The translations under genes were made by a program, and so were the position numbers. Below the pieces are notes generated by a model. The model was not told the origin of the DNA and searched no databases. It saw only the letters and a list, made by a program, of their open reading frames with translations. This document shows positions 37,004 to 46,746 of a DNA stretch of 64,000 nucleotides, in pieces. Every line of letters begins with the position of its first letter. Position 1 is the first letter of the stretch. The stretch is from contig CAWIXE010000001.1 in the NCBI GenBank assembly GCA_963840035.1, forward strand, positions 992,001-1,056,000, in the 5' to 3' direction. The DNA comes from a candidate division FCPU426 bacterium (GTDB lineage Bacteria > Oederibacteriota > PGYV01 > Palsa-1178).

Positions 37004-38341
37004 ATGCAGAGAAGGATGCAAATTACGCTGTTTATAACGTTATGCCTTGTCATTTTTTCAGTATGGAAAATATGGCCGCCTTTTGACATGAAGGACAGCC
37101 AGGGGGAGATTTTGACAAAGGGAAAGATAAAGCTCGGACTCGACCTTCAGGGAGGCATGTACTTAAAGCTTGCCATTGATACTGAAAAGATGCCTGCGGG
37201 CGTCAAACTCGAGGAAGCCGTGTCGCGCGCACTTGAGATTTTAAGGAACAGGATAGACGCGCTCGGCGTGGCTGAGCCGCTGATTACCCGCGAAGGGGAC
37301 AAGTACATAGTAGTCCAGCTTCCGGGAGTCAAGGACCCTGAAAGGGCGCTGAATATTGTGGGAAAGACAGCGCTGCTTGAATTTAAAATGGTGGATGAAA
37401 GAAATAAAATATCGGACATGACCGACGCCAGCGGCAATACAGTCGCTTCGAAAATACCGGCGGATGTAAAGATCGTAGCGGACCGCAACGGCGAGCGCCT
37501 GGTTATATCAAACAAAGACCTCTTAACCGGAGCTGACCTTGTTGACGCCAAGGTGCAGATGGGGCAGAGCATGCCGGTTGTATGGTTCAAGTTCTCGCCG
37601 ACCGGCGGAACAAGGTTCGCTGAAATAACCGGAGACAATGTCGGCAGAAGGCTCGCCATCATTCTTGATGATAAGGTTTATTCGGATCCGGTCATTAAAA
37701 CCAGGATAAGCGGCGGGGAAGGCATCATAGAAGGAAACTTCACGCTTGAAGACGCGAGGGACTTATCGCTCATACTCAGGGCAGGAGCGCTTCCCGCGCC
37801 TGTAAAGATCATCAACAAATACGTCGTCGGGCCTTCGCTCGGCGCGGATTCCATAGCCAAGGGCCAGAAATCCATCATGATCGGCGCTTTAATCGTGGTA
37901 ATTTTCATGGTGCTGTATTACGGGCTCTCGGGCCTTATCGCGGATTTCGCCCTTTTATTCAACATACTTTTTGTAATGGGCATACTCGCGGCTTTAAACG
38001 CGACGCTCACATTGCCGGGTATCGCGGGCTTGACGCTGACCCTCGGTATGGCAGTTGACGCGAACGTCCTTATCCTTGAGAGGATAAGGGAGGAGATGAG
38101 GGGCGGCAAGACCATAAGGGCGGCAATAGACGCCGGATACAACAGGGCCTGGCTTACCATACTTGACTCGCACGTTACATCGCTTATCACGGCCGCCATA
38201 CTTTTCCAGTTCGGAACCGGCGCCATTCGCGGTTTCGCTGTTACGCTTTTCTGGGGCCTTGTAATCTCGCTTTTCACGGCGTATTTCATAACTCAGTCAA
38301 TATTTGACATGAGAAAACAATACAACAAACTCAGCATATAA
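37004..38341 (+). CDS. secD: Protein translocase subunit SecD
   Basis: LGLDLQGG, RIDALGVAEP, LAIILD, LRAGALPAP, GMAVDANVLI.ERI. Confidence 0.97.
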   Translation: MQRRMQITLFITLCLVIFSVWKIWPPFDMKDSQGEILTKGKIKLGLDLQGGMYLKLAIDTEKMPAGVKLEEAVSRALEILRNRIDALGVAEPLITREGDKYIVVQLPGVKDPERALNIVGKTALLEFKMVDERNKISDMTDASGNTVASKIPADVKIVADRNGERLVISNKDLLTGADLVDAKVQMGQSMPVVWFKFSPTGGTRFAEITGDNVGRRLAIILDDKVYSDPVIKTRISGGEGIIEGNFTLEDARDLSLILRAGALPAPVKIINKYVVGPSLGADSIAKGQKSIMIGALIVVIFMVLYYGLSGLIADFALLFNILFVMGILAALNATLTLPGIAGLTLTLGMAVDANVLILERIREEMRGGKTIRAAIDAGYNRAWLTILDSHVTSLITAAILFQFGTGAIRGFAVTLFWGLVISLFTAYFITQSIFDMRKQYNKLSI

Positions 38342-38357
38342 TCCCAAGGAGGGTATA

Positions 38358-39284
38358 ATGATTGAAATAATTAAGAACCCAAAAATTGATTTTATCGGAT
38401 TAAAAAAGGTTACATACATAATTTCCATACTTCTGGTTTTAAACGGGCTCTTCGCGGTTTATAAAGTCGCCACAGGCAAGGCTAAGATGGGGCTGGATTT
38501 CACCGGCGGTGTTTCCATACAGCTGAAGTTTGCCAAGGATGTAAAGGTTGATGACATACGCTCAATACTTGACAAACAGAAAATGAGCCAGGCAGTCATA
38601 CAGCAGGTAGGAGCCCCGGCTGATAAGGTCATCATGATCAGGGTCGGGACACAGGACTTAAAGAGTGAGAACGCTTCGGGCGTCATAACGGATATTATAA
38701 GGACCGAAACAGGCGACACTCAGATGACCGTCCTGGAACAAAATGAAATAGGCGGAGTTGTAAGCGCCCAGTTAAAGGAAAAAGCCATGCAGGCTGTTTT
38801 TTGGGCGTTAATCGGCATATTGCTCTACATCTGGGTCAGGTTCAAGTTCAAGTTCGCGGTAGTGGCGACTGTGGCCACGCTTCATGACGTGCTTGCGGTG
38901 CTCGGGCTTTTGGTCCTTTTGAACAAGGAAATAGACCTGCTGACCATCACCGCGCTTTTAACCGTCGCCGGCTACTCACTTACCGACACTGTCGTTGTTT
39001 TTGACAGGATAAGGGAGAACATGAGGCATATTTTAAAGCAGACATATAAAGAACTTGTAAACATGTCTATTAATGAAGTTTTAAGCAGGACCATCATAAC
39101 GTCTTTTACTACCATAGTAGTTGCGCTTTCGCTATTTTTATTCGGCGGCGACGTGCTGCATGTTTTCTCGCTTACGCTGGTCATAGGCATCGTGGTGGGC
39201 ACGTATTCATCGGATCTGCTTGCCTCGCCTTTAATAGTGGACTGGGAAGAGTTTGAGAAGAAAAACAGGACGGGGATTAAGTAA
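38358..39284 (+). CDS. secF: Protein translocase subunit SecF
   Basis: GLDFTGG, HDV, GYSLTDTVVVFDRIRE, SRTIITS, GTYSS. Confidence 0.97.
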   Translation: MIEIIKNPKIDFIGLKKVTYIISILLVLNGLFAVYKVATGKAKMGLDFTGGVSIQLKFAKDVKVDDIRSILDKQKMSQAVIQQVGAPADKVIMIRVGTQDLKSENASGVITDIIRTETGDTQMTVLEQNEIGGVVSAQLKEKAMQAVFWALIGILLYIWVRFKFKFAVVATVATLHDVLAVLGLLVLLNKEIDLLTITALLTVAGYSLTDTVVVFDRIRENMRHILKQTYKELVNMSINEVLSRTIITSFTTIVVALSLFLFGGDVLHVFSLTLVIGIVVGTYSSDLLASPLIVDWEEFEKKNRTGIK

Positions 39285-39383
39285 TAATTTACAATTTTGA
39301 ATTTGCGATTTACAATTTGGTTTACCGGCGTTTTAAATTGTAAATCGTAAATTGTAAATAATAAATGGTAAATTGAGGTTCAC

Positions 39384-40379
39384 ATGATCCTTCATATCAT
39401 CCTTGGGTTAATCAGTCTTATCATAATCCTTATTGCGTGCGAATTTTTTTCCAATTCCGCGGCGTGGGCGATTAAAAAATACAGCCTTGGCCGCGGGCCG
39501 GCCGGCAGGATTTTATCTGTCATGGCCACAGCGCTTCCTGAAACCATAATACCCCTGACTGCCCTGCTGCTGATTCCCGGCAGAAGCGGCGCTGAAATGG
39601 CGCAGGGCGCCATACTGGGCGCGCCTCTCATGCTATCAACGCTTGCCTTCGGCATAACAGGCATTACCGCGGCTGTATTATCCCTTAAAGATAAAACGCG
39701 CGGAGCTGTTATAGGCTCCGGACATACAGCCCTTCTACGCGGGCTCTTATTCTTTACCGTAACCTTCACACTTGCCATTATATTTTCCTGGTTTCACCCA
39801 GCGGCAAAAAAAGCCGCGGCTGTTGTCTTCCTCGTTATTTACGCGTATTACCTGCACCTTTGCGCGGCGGATAAGGTCGTTGACGCGGAAAACCAGGATG
39901 GACTCTATTTTTCCCCCGGGGCCAACCCGGCTGTACAGCTTGTAGTATTCCAGCTTGCGGCGGCGGCCGGCGGCATCGTGCTGGGCGCAGGGATTTTTGT
40001 GGACACTTTAAAGTATTTTTCAGCGGAATTCAGGATTGACGCATTTTTACTCGCGCTTTTTGCAGCGCCCTTCATAACGGAATTTCCTGACAGCCTGAAC
40101 ATTGTCAGCCGTTTGAAGCAAAAAAAGGACGATGCGGCGCTTTCCGGAATAGCGGGAGCGCTCGTTTTCCAGTCGTGCGTGGTGGTGTTTGCCGGGCTTG
40201 TGGCCACGCCATGGGATTTAAGCAATACCGCGAAAGTATCCGCGCTCATTGCGATAGTGTCGGCGGCTTACCTGGCAGCGTATATCAAAATATTTAAGAA
40301 GCTGCACGCCGCGGCGCTTATCGTGCCGTTTTTATTTTATATTTTATTCATATTGTTCGCTGTAAAAGGCGGATTTTAA
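39384..40379 (+). CDS. Sodium:calcium antiporter (CaCA family)
   Basis: About 10 TMs, alpha-repeat motifs ATALPE and ITEFPD. Confidence 0.8.
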   Translation: MILHIILGLISLIIILIACEFFSNSAAWAIKKYSLGRGPAGRILSVMATALPETIIPLTALLLIPGRSGAEMAQGAILGAPLMLSTLAFGITGITAAVLSLKDKTRGAVIGSGHTALLRGLLFFTVTFTLAIIFSWFHPAAKKAAAVVFLVIYAYYLHLCAADKVVDAENQDGLYFSPGANPAVQLVVFQLAAAAGGIVLGAGIFVDTLKYFSAEFRIDAFLLALFAAPFITEFPDSLNIVSRLKQKKDDAALSGIAGALVFQSCVVVFAGLVATPWDLSNTAKVSALIAIVSAAYLAAYIKIFKKLHAAALIVPFLFYILFILFAVKGGF

Positions 40380-40380
40380 A

Positions 40381-40809
40381 ATGGTAAAGGCCGCGGCTTG
40401 CTGCCTCATACTTCTGCACGGAGCCATGTTTTTTATTAAGAAACCCCGGTTTAAACTGATTTACCTGTACATCCTGGACGCGCTGTTTTTGGGGATTATG
40501 ATTATTTCAGGGTCAGGCCCGGCGCAGGCCCTTTTTTTTACCGCGGCTGCTTTTGCCGTGAATATCTTCCTGTGCGCGCCGGAAGCCGCCGCGCCTGAGT
40601 TTAAATTCGGGAAAGATGAGTTTTTATTGTGCGTTTTTGGCGCGGCAACCATCGCGTACGGAGCCTTCTTTGCGGCAAAGAATCCCGGGGAATTTTTACC
40701 GGACACACAAGGGCAGTGGCCTGTTACGGCGCTTTTTATGCTTTTATCCGCGGTATTCACCTTTGTTTATTTTATCTCCAGGCAGGAAAAAGGGGCGGCC
40801 CATGAATGA
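40381..40809 (+). CDS. Hypothetical 5-TM membrane protein (NuoJ-like topology)
   Basis: Five hydrophobic segments, coupled to neighbouring genes. Confidence 0.55.
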   Translation: MVKAAACCLILLHGAMFFIKKPRFKLIYLYILDALFLGIMIISGSGPAQALFFTAAAFAVNIFLCAPEAAAPEFKFGKDEFLLCVFGAATIAYGAFFAAKNPGEFLPDTQGQWPVTALFMLLSAVFTFVYFISRQEKGAAHE

Positions 40810-42043
40810 AATAATGATCCCTGCGGCAATATTTTTCGCACTTATGGCGGCCTTTTTACTTTTTGTTAAAAATGACAATCCGGCCGCGTTCAAAATATTC
40901 CTTATAATAATAAAAGGAATGCTTATGTGGTCCATATTATCGGGGGCTTTCGCGGCGTCGCCGGGAGTGTTCGGGGCTTTTTTCACGCTGATGGCAGCCG
41001 TGGTTTTCGGATTTTACCTCCTGCCTGAAGGAAAAAACACCGGACGCAGGCGCCATTTTGCGGCGGCAGCCGGCCTTTTCGCCGCGGTCCTGATATTTTC
41101 ATCGGGTTGTTCGGGGCAGGGCGGAATGAAGTATCCTGCAATATCGGATTACATGGACCTGGGTTTTGTCCCTTCCGCCATATTAAGCGGCGAAAAAAAC
41201 ACCGTATATGTGGCAACTGAAAGGTCAAAAATAATATACCTGTATAACACCATGGAAAAAAAGAGGATCACATCAATAGGCGCGGGATACATGCCTGCGG
41301 ATATAAAGGTGTCAGGGGGCAAATTGTACTCCGCGAATAAAATGTCCGACACCATAACCATCCACGACCTTGAAACAGGAAAAGGGGTTAACATCGCGAC
41401 GGGAGGGATATACCCTTCGGCAATCGCTTTAAACCAAGCCAGGGGGGAGCTATACGCCGCGAACCTGGGCAGCAACAGCGTGTCCATCATAGACATAGCG
41501 TCAAACACACCGGCGGTAAAAGCCGTCATCAAAACAGGCAAATGGCCCTCAGACCTGTACGTTGCCCCGGATAACAGGTATGTTTATGTATGCTGCAAAT
41601 ACACGAATACCGTCCAGATAATAGACGCGGAGAAGCAGCTTCCGGTATTTACAAAAGTTGACACCGGCACCTCGCCTTCGCAGCTGCTTCCCATTAATAA
41701 CACTGATATTGCCATCATTAACGAGTGGGAGTACGCATATAACCATTCAAGCTCCGTAATTGTTTTTAACAGGGTGTCATACGCGCTTGAATACGACATT
41801 ATAGTCGATGGAGGCATTTATCAGGCGGCGCTTTCAAAAAGCCGCAGGTACATGTACATATCCGTGCCGCTGAAGGATAAAATAATATTTGTGGACATAA
41901 AGAAAAAACAAAAGGTATATGAGATACAGTTTAAGGATGACCTTCCCAAGTACCTTTCGCTTTCCGCGGACGGGTCGCTGCTTTATGCCGCAACCCAGCA
42001 GTCGAAAAAACTATTCATGATAAAGTTAAACGACCTCAGATGA
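40802..42043 (+). CDS. Membrane-anchored YncE/YVTN-type beta-propeller protein
   Basis: N-terminal TMs, then repeats such as LYAANLGSNSVSIID and KTGKWPSDLYVAPDNRYVYV. Confidence 0.75.
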   Translation: MNEIMIPAAIFFALMAAFLLFVKNDNPAAFKIFLIIIKGMLMWSILSGAFAASPGVFGAFFTLMAAVVFGFYLLPEGKNTGRRRHFAAAAGLFAAVLIFSSGCSGQGGMKYPAISDYMDLGFVPSAILSGEKNTVYVATERSKIIYLYNTMEKKRITSIGAGYMPADIKVSGGKLYSANKMSDTITIHDLETGKGVNIATGGIYPSAIALNQARGELYAANLGSNSVSIIDIASNTPAVKAVIKTGKWPSDLYVAPDNRYVYVCCKYTNTVQIIDAEKQLPVFTKVDTGTSPSQLLPINNTDIAIINEWEYAYNHSSSVIVFNRVSYALEYDIIVDGGIYQAALSKSRRYMYISVPLKDKIIFVDIKKKQKVYEIQFKDDLPKYLSLSADGSLLYAATQQSKKLFMIKLNDLR

Positions 42044-43311
42044 TGACCGCGGAAAAAGCACTGCTTTTTGGGCCGGCGGCGGTATCCGGGGTGTGCGCGG
42101 TAATATTCCTCGCCCTGTACGTCTTTAAAAAACATATGGTTCCTGTGAAGCGGGCGCTGGCCGGGATTGCCGGGATAACCGGATTGATCTGCGGTTCCAT
42201 GCTGTGCCTTGAAATGACCGGCCCTGCGGCAGTAACCGCCATGATGGATGTTTCAAAACTTCCCCTGTATATAAGCACGCTCGCGTTTATGCTCCTGCTG
42301 TTTTCACTTTCGCACACCGGGGATAAAGGCCTGTACTTTTTAGGCTGGTCAACCCTTGCTTTTTGCGCGGGGATGTGTTTTTTCAGGCAGCACCCGGCTG
42401 TTTACGCCGCGATATTCATGGCTGCGGATTATGCCTTCAGCGCCGTTTCCGTAAATGAAAGCGCGCCTGAGGAACAGGGAAAAAGCAGGCCGGGCTGGAA
42501 GCTCTTCTTTTTTATTTCCGCCTCCATTTTCCTTTTTCTGCTTATCTCCTCGCCGGAAGGCGGAAGGGCACGCACCCTGGGGATAAACGGCTTCATAGTA
42601 TTCCTGTTCATGTCAGGCATACAGGCGGCATACGCTGCCATGCCGTCAGGCCGCGTTGAAGCCGGCGCGCGGGCAATATACGCGGCAGCGTGCCTCATAC
42701 AGGCTGCGGTAATGGTGTCGCTCTTTGGCATGTACGCGGGGCATTATTCGCCGGGACTGATGATACTTACATTCGCCTGCGTGGCAATATTATCGGCTTT
42801 TAACGCGCTCACTGAGGAAGACCACGGAGAATACACGGCCTCTGATTTCGGGGCCATAACAGCGCTGTTGGCGCTTTTAGCGTCGGCTAAGGAAATTGAC
42901 GGGTGGATGGTGGCCGCTGCTTTTTCGGCGGCGTCTTTTTACGCTTTTTCCGGCGCGGCTTTCGCGCACGACGGGGGCCGCGGAGGGCATACTGTGGCGG
43001 CTTTAAAATATTCTTTTGAAAAAATAAAGAATAATTTCTTGCCGCTTTCCGGTTCGTTTGCGGCTTTGATTGCCGAAGCGCTGGTTTTTGCGGGGTTATA
43101 CCTGTGGCTGCCTTCGGGAATGTTTGGAAGAACGGTTCTTATGATATCCGCGGCAATTTACCTTCCGGCTTTTTTAAACAGGCTTTTTTTTACGATGTCC
43201 ATGGTTTCAAGGACGGGATTAGACAGAAAAAAAAGGACTGTCCTTAATATGGCAGGCCTTAAAACCGGGCTCGCCGCCTTATTCATGGCGGCAATGCTCT
43301 TTAAGTGGTGA
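42040..43311 (+). CDS. Hypothetical polytopic membrane protein
   Basis: About 13-14 hydrophobic segments, ATGA overlap with the upstream gene. Confidence 0.65.
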   Translation: MMTAEKALLFGPAAVSGVCAVIFLALYVFKKHMVPVKRALAGIAGITGLICGSMLCLEMTGPAAVTAMMDVSKLPLYISTLAFMLLLFSLSHTGDKGLYFLGWSTLAFCAGMCFFRQHPAVYAAIFMAADYAFSAVSVNESAPEEQGKSRPGWKLFFFISASIFLFLLISSPEGGRARTLGINGFIVFLFMSGIQAAYAAMPSGRVEAGARAIYAAACLIQAAVMVSLFGMYAGHYSPGLMILTFACVAILSAFNALTEEDHGEYTASDFGAITALLALLASAKEIDGWMVAAAFSAASFYAFSGAAFAHDGGRGGHTVAALKYSFEKIKNNFLPLSGSFAALIAEALVFAGLYLWLPSGMFGRTVLMISAAIYLPAFLNRLFFTMSMVSRTGLDRKKRTVLNMAGLKTGLAALFMAAMLFKW

Positions 43312-43314
43312 CGC

Positions 43315-43479
43315 GTGAGCGATAAAACCAAGGTGTTAATATACCTGATTTCAATAGGGCTTATGACAGTGGCCGCGTTTATCATGGCGCCTGTCTCCCT
43401 GACATCGGGTATTATGGCTGTGGCATTTGTGGTAAATATCCTGCTTTTCAGGGATATGTTCGGCGGCGGCAAGAAGTGA
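43315..43479 (+). CDS. Small 2-TM membrane protein, 54 aa (not in the ORF track)
   Basis: GTG start 3 nt after the previous stop, MSDKTKVLIYLISIGLMTVAAF...GGGKK, stop overlaps the next GTG. Confidence 0.55.
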   Translation: MSDKTKVLIYLISIGLMTVAAFIMAPVSLTSGIMAVAFVVNILLFRDMFGGGKK

Positions 43480-44127
43480 ATGATATACTACTTTTAATCC
43501 TTGTTGCCCTGGTGTACGGCGTATACTACAGGGCAAGGCTGAAAGATATTTCCGCCCCTGTGGGAAGGAAAGCTGTTATTTTTTCAGTTGCTGCCGCTGC
43601 CTTTACAGCATGCGCGATACTCCCCGCATACGCAGACCGGATATGGGCCCTATATGATTGGAGCGGCGTGGATAGGGATGATAGCCGTTTATAATTACAC
43701 AAGGGAAATTAATGATCCCGCGATTTACCCGTACTACCTGCTGGCCGCGGGCGCGGTGTTTTCAGCCTTTATCCCGGGGATTTCAAAATTCACGGTTTAT
43801 ATTTTCCCGATAAGTTTTTTTATCATGCTTGCGCTCTCGGCAGCGGCATATAAACCTCTTCTCAATGAAAAGAACCCTGTTCCGGCTTTTATCTTCCTGT
43901 GTTTTACTGTTTTTTCACTCAAAGGCGTCATGCTGGAAAGCCTGACCCCACTTATAACAGTCCCTGTTTCGCTGCTTGTGGCGCTATTCTTATGCGTCAG
44001 CAAAGTCCAGCCAATTGAATATTATCTGGAAGAAAAAAACATGTACAGGGTCCTTGCCGTGCTGTATCCGCTGTTTTTACTGCAGTGTTTTATAGGCGCG
44101 GTTGTTAAGAATAGTCTGTTTCATTAG
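43476..44127 (+). CDS. Hypothetical membrane protein, probably one gene frameshifted near 43645-43650
   Basis: ORFs 43476-43694 and 43588-44127 join into a continuous hydrophobic protein if one base is removed in GGGCCC. Confidence 0.5.
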
Positions 44128-44188
44128 CGCGGCGCAGAAAAGGGGTTAACCCATTCTCTGCGTTGCTGCAAATATTGCAGGAGGGCTT

Positions 44189-44488
44189 ATGTTAAGGCAT
44201 ATCCTTGTTTTTAAAATGAAAGAAACCGCATTGGGGAAGACAGGCAAAGAAAACGCCCTTGAGTTGAAACGTATTATTGACGGCTTGATGGGCGTTATTC
44301 CGCAGTTAAAAAAAATGGATGTAGGACTTGATATCAGGCACACACCCACGTCATATGAAGTGGGGCTGTATTCGGAGTTTGACAACATGGAAGACCTGAA
44401 AATATATGTGGACCATCCGGCGCATAAAAAGGTGCTGGAGTTCATAGGGCAGACGGTGGAAGACCGGAAAGTTGTTGATTGGGAATAG
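44189..44488 (+). CDS. Dabb (stress-responsive A/B barrel) protein
   Basis: MLRHILVFK...LYSEFDNMEDLKIYVDHPAH...VVDW. Confidence 0.88.
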   Translation: MLRHILVFKMKETALGKTGKENALELKRIIDGLMGVIPQLKKMDVGLDIRHTPTSYEVGLYSEFDNMEDLKIYVDHPAHKKVLEFIGQTVEDRKVVDWE

Positions 44489-44508
44489 GATAAATTTACA
44501 ATAAGAAC

Positions 44509-45588
44509 TTAAAATTGCGAATTAATTAAATTCATTGATACAACCACATCCGGACTTAAAACCGGGGCAGTGGCGTAAAACAGCGCTTCTTTTTCCACCT
44601 TTTCTTCATTTCCCATATTGAGCAGAAGTGCCAATCCGGCGCCTGCCAGCATTCCCGCGGGGTAACCTAACAATACTGCATACCAACCGCCGTCAGGTGT
44701 AGTTTTATATATTTGACCCGTAATATATGCTCCACCTAAACCGCCTAGGACACCGCAGCCAAGGGTCAATAAAGCCCGGTTACCCTGCAAGGTGTTTATA
44801 TCCGCAAATGAATACATTTTTGTGTTTTCGGGAGGGTAGAGAAGTTTATCTGATACTATATCAGGCGTTATCATGGACCCGGACATTATCTGCTTTGAAT
44901 CCGCAGCCATTTTATCAAGTTCGGTTTTGAAGACCCGGTCAATGAAATCGTTAAAATAAGGTCCGGTACTGTAAATATCTTCGGGCTTATATGTTATAAA
45001 GCCTTCTGACCTGAATGTATACGTTTTTGTTGAGCTGAATTCCCGGATGTAGTAGATGCTTCCACGACCCATCATTAGCTTGATGTTCCCGCTTATAAAA
45101 AACGTGATGTTATAGCACTGCTGTTTTGCTGAAGGCGTGATATCAACCTCAAACCTGTTTATATTGCCCCACATAACGCCCGTACTGCGGCATAAGTCCT
45201 TTAATGCGTTAAAATTTTGAGTATCAAAAGTCAGTTCCCGGCCGCGGTATGTTTCGGATGGAGCCATTCCTATCTCCCTGAAGATACCGTACTTTGAGCC
45301 GTTTACCGCGAGTAATTCAGCAGCAAGAATGGAAAGTGGGACGCTTGTGGCATAAATAATGGTTTTCGTTTTCCTGTTATCGACAAAGGGAAAGACCGCT
45401 ATGGACTGGTTAATAGGGGGCGTTGTATTAGTCCGATTATAGCCGGCTAAAGGTTCATCAACTTTTACCTTATATGCCTTACGGCCTTCTTTATACTGGA
45501 ACGGATTCATTATGGAACATCCTGTCATGAAAAGCAGCAATAATAATCCGGCTGTAATCAAAATAATCCATGTCCGCAATTTGCCCAT
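44509..45588 (-). CDS. Hypothetical lipoprotein
   Basis: AAGGAGG RBS, lipobox FMTG-C, IAVFPFVDNR, C-terminal glycine-zipper-like hydrophobic helices. Confidence 0.7.
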   Translation of the reverse strand: MGKLRTWIILITAGLLLLLFMTGCSIMNPFQYKEGRKAYKVKVDEPLAGYNRTNTTPPINQSIAVFPFVDNRKTKTIIYATSVPLSILAAELLAVNGSKYGIFREIGMAPSETYRGRELTFDTQNFNALKDLCRSTGVMWGNINRFEVDITPSAKQQCYNITFFISGNIKLMMGRGSIYYIREFSSTKTYTFRSEGFITYKPEDIYSTGPYFNDFIDRVFKTELDKMAADSKQIMSGSMITPDIVSDKLLYPPENTKMYSFADINTLQGNRALLTLGCGVLGGLGGAYITGQIYKTTPDGGWYAVLLGYPAGMLAGAGLALLLNMGNEEKVEKEALFYATAPVLSPDVVVSMNLINSQF

Positions 45589-45636
45589 CGGGTTGTCCTC
45601 CTTTTGTATAAACGGTATTATACTATAAACGGTACT

Positions 45637-45661
45637 GTAGCGGGCGCATAATATGCGCCCG
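45637..45661. repeat. Single GTAG REP
   Basis: GTAG-CGGGCGCATA-A-TATGCGCCCG. Confidence 0.6.
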
Positions 45662-45671
45662 AGCAGTATGC

Positions 45672-46526
45672 TTATTTGAAAGCCGCCAGGAACTTTTCAG
45701 TGCTTTCCAGGTATTTGCCCTGCGTGATGTCCAGGTTTGTGTGCTTTTGGCCTTCCAGGGTACAGAAAGTTTTTTTCTTTGAACCGGCGGCGGCAAAGAG
45801 TTCCTTTCCCATGGCGTAAGGGAAGCAGTCGTCCTGCGTCCCGTGGAAATACAGCAGCGGCGCTTTGAGCCTTTTTATCTTTGACACGGGCTGGTCAGGA
45901 TAGTTTGACAGAAAGTCGTCAGCTTTTAAGCTGACTAAAAACCTTGAAATATCCGGCTGTCCGTCGGTCATGTGCGCTACCGCTTCTTTTCCTTCGGTAA
46001 ACCCGGCTTCCATGATGATACCGGTAATCGGACGGTTTACAGCGACTTCAAGCCCGGGTACTGTGCCGATGGATTGGGTATAAACAAAGACCCTCTTTGA
46101 CAAATCAGGGTGATCTTTTTTTATATAATCATATATGAAAATACCGTCTGACATGATGGCGGCAAATGAAGGGCTTCCGCCGGAATACCCGTACGCCCTG
46201 TAATCAAAACACACGACATTCTTCTTATAATGGCCGCACAGGAATTTTAAGCGGGACATTGACTCGCTTACGCTGCACATGTTGCCGTAGAAATACAGTA
46301 TGGTATCGGACGCGCCTTTGTATTTCATGATCACACCTGAGAGCGCGATATTTTCCGGGTTTTTTATTTCCACGTTCTTTAACGTCACCTGCTCTGATTC
46401 GTAATCAGGGGTTTTCGGGCATGTCTCAGGGAAAAAGAAATTGGATTCGTGCATGGTAATGGTGCAGGATGAGAAGATAAAGGACAGTACGATAAAAAGG
46501 GCGATTATTGCTATTTCGTCGCGCAT
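45672..46526 (-). CDS. Alpha/beta hydrolase lipoprotein (ABHD17/Bem46-like)
   Basis: Lipobox FSS-C, LYFYGN, FDYRAYGYSGG, QSIG, HGTQD, HTN. Confidence 0.8.
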   Translation of the reverse strand: MRDEIAIIALFIVLSFIFSSCTITMHESNFFFPETCPKTPDYESEQVTLKNVEIKNPENIALSGVIMKYKGASDTILYFYGNMCSVSESMSRLKFLCGHYKKNVVCFDYRAYGYSGGSPSFAAIMSDGIFIYDYIKKDHPDLSKRVFVYTQSIGTVPGLEVAVNRPITGIIMEAGFTEGKEAVAHMTDGQPDISRFLVSLKADDFLSNYPDQPVSKIKRLKAPLLYFHGTQDDCFPYAMGKELFAAAGSKKKTFCTLEGQKHTNLDITQGKYLESTEKFLAAFK

Positions 46527-46746
46527 AAATACCTCCGTAAGGTAGATTTCTAATTTCTTATTTCTAATTAATAATTAAGCAGGAACAATGCCTGAAAAAA
46601 CCCCTTATTTTAAAGGGGAAGTGTTTGAAAGCCGCGCAAATATAGGCAAAAAAGCGCAGGGATTTGCGCAACTAAAGGGCTGCTGCTTCATTATATATAT
46701 AGGCTTTGTTGTGTTATAATTAGAAAGACCAAAAAGGCGGGTAAAA

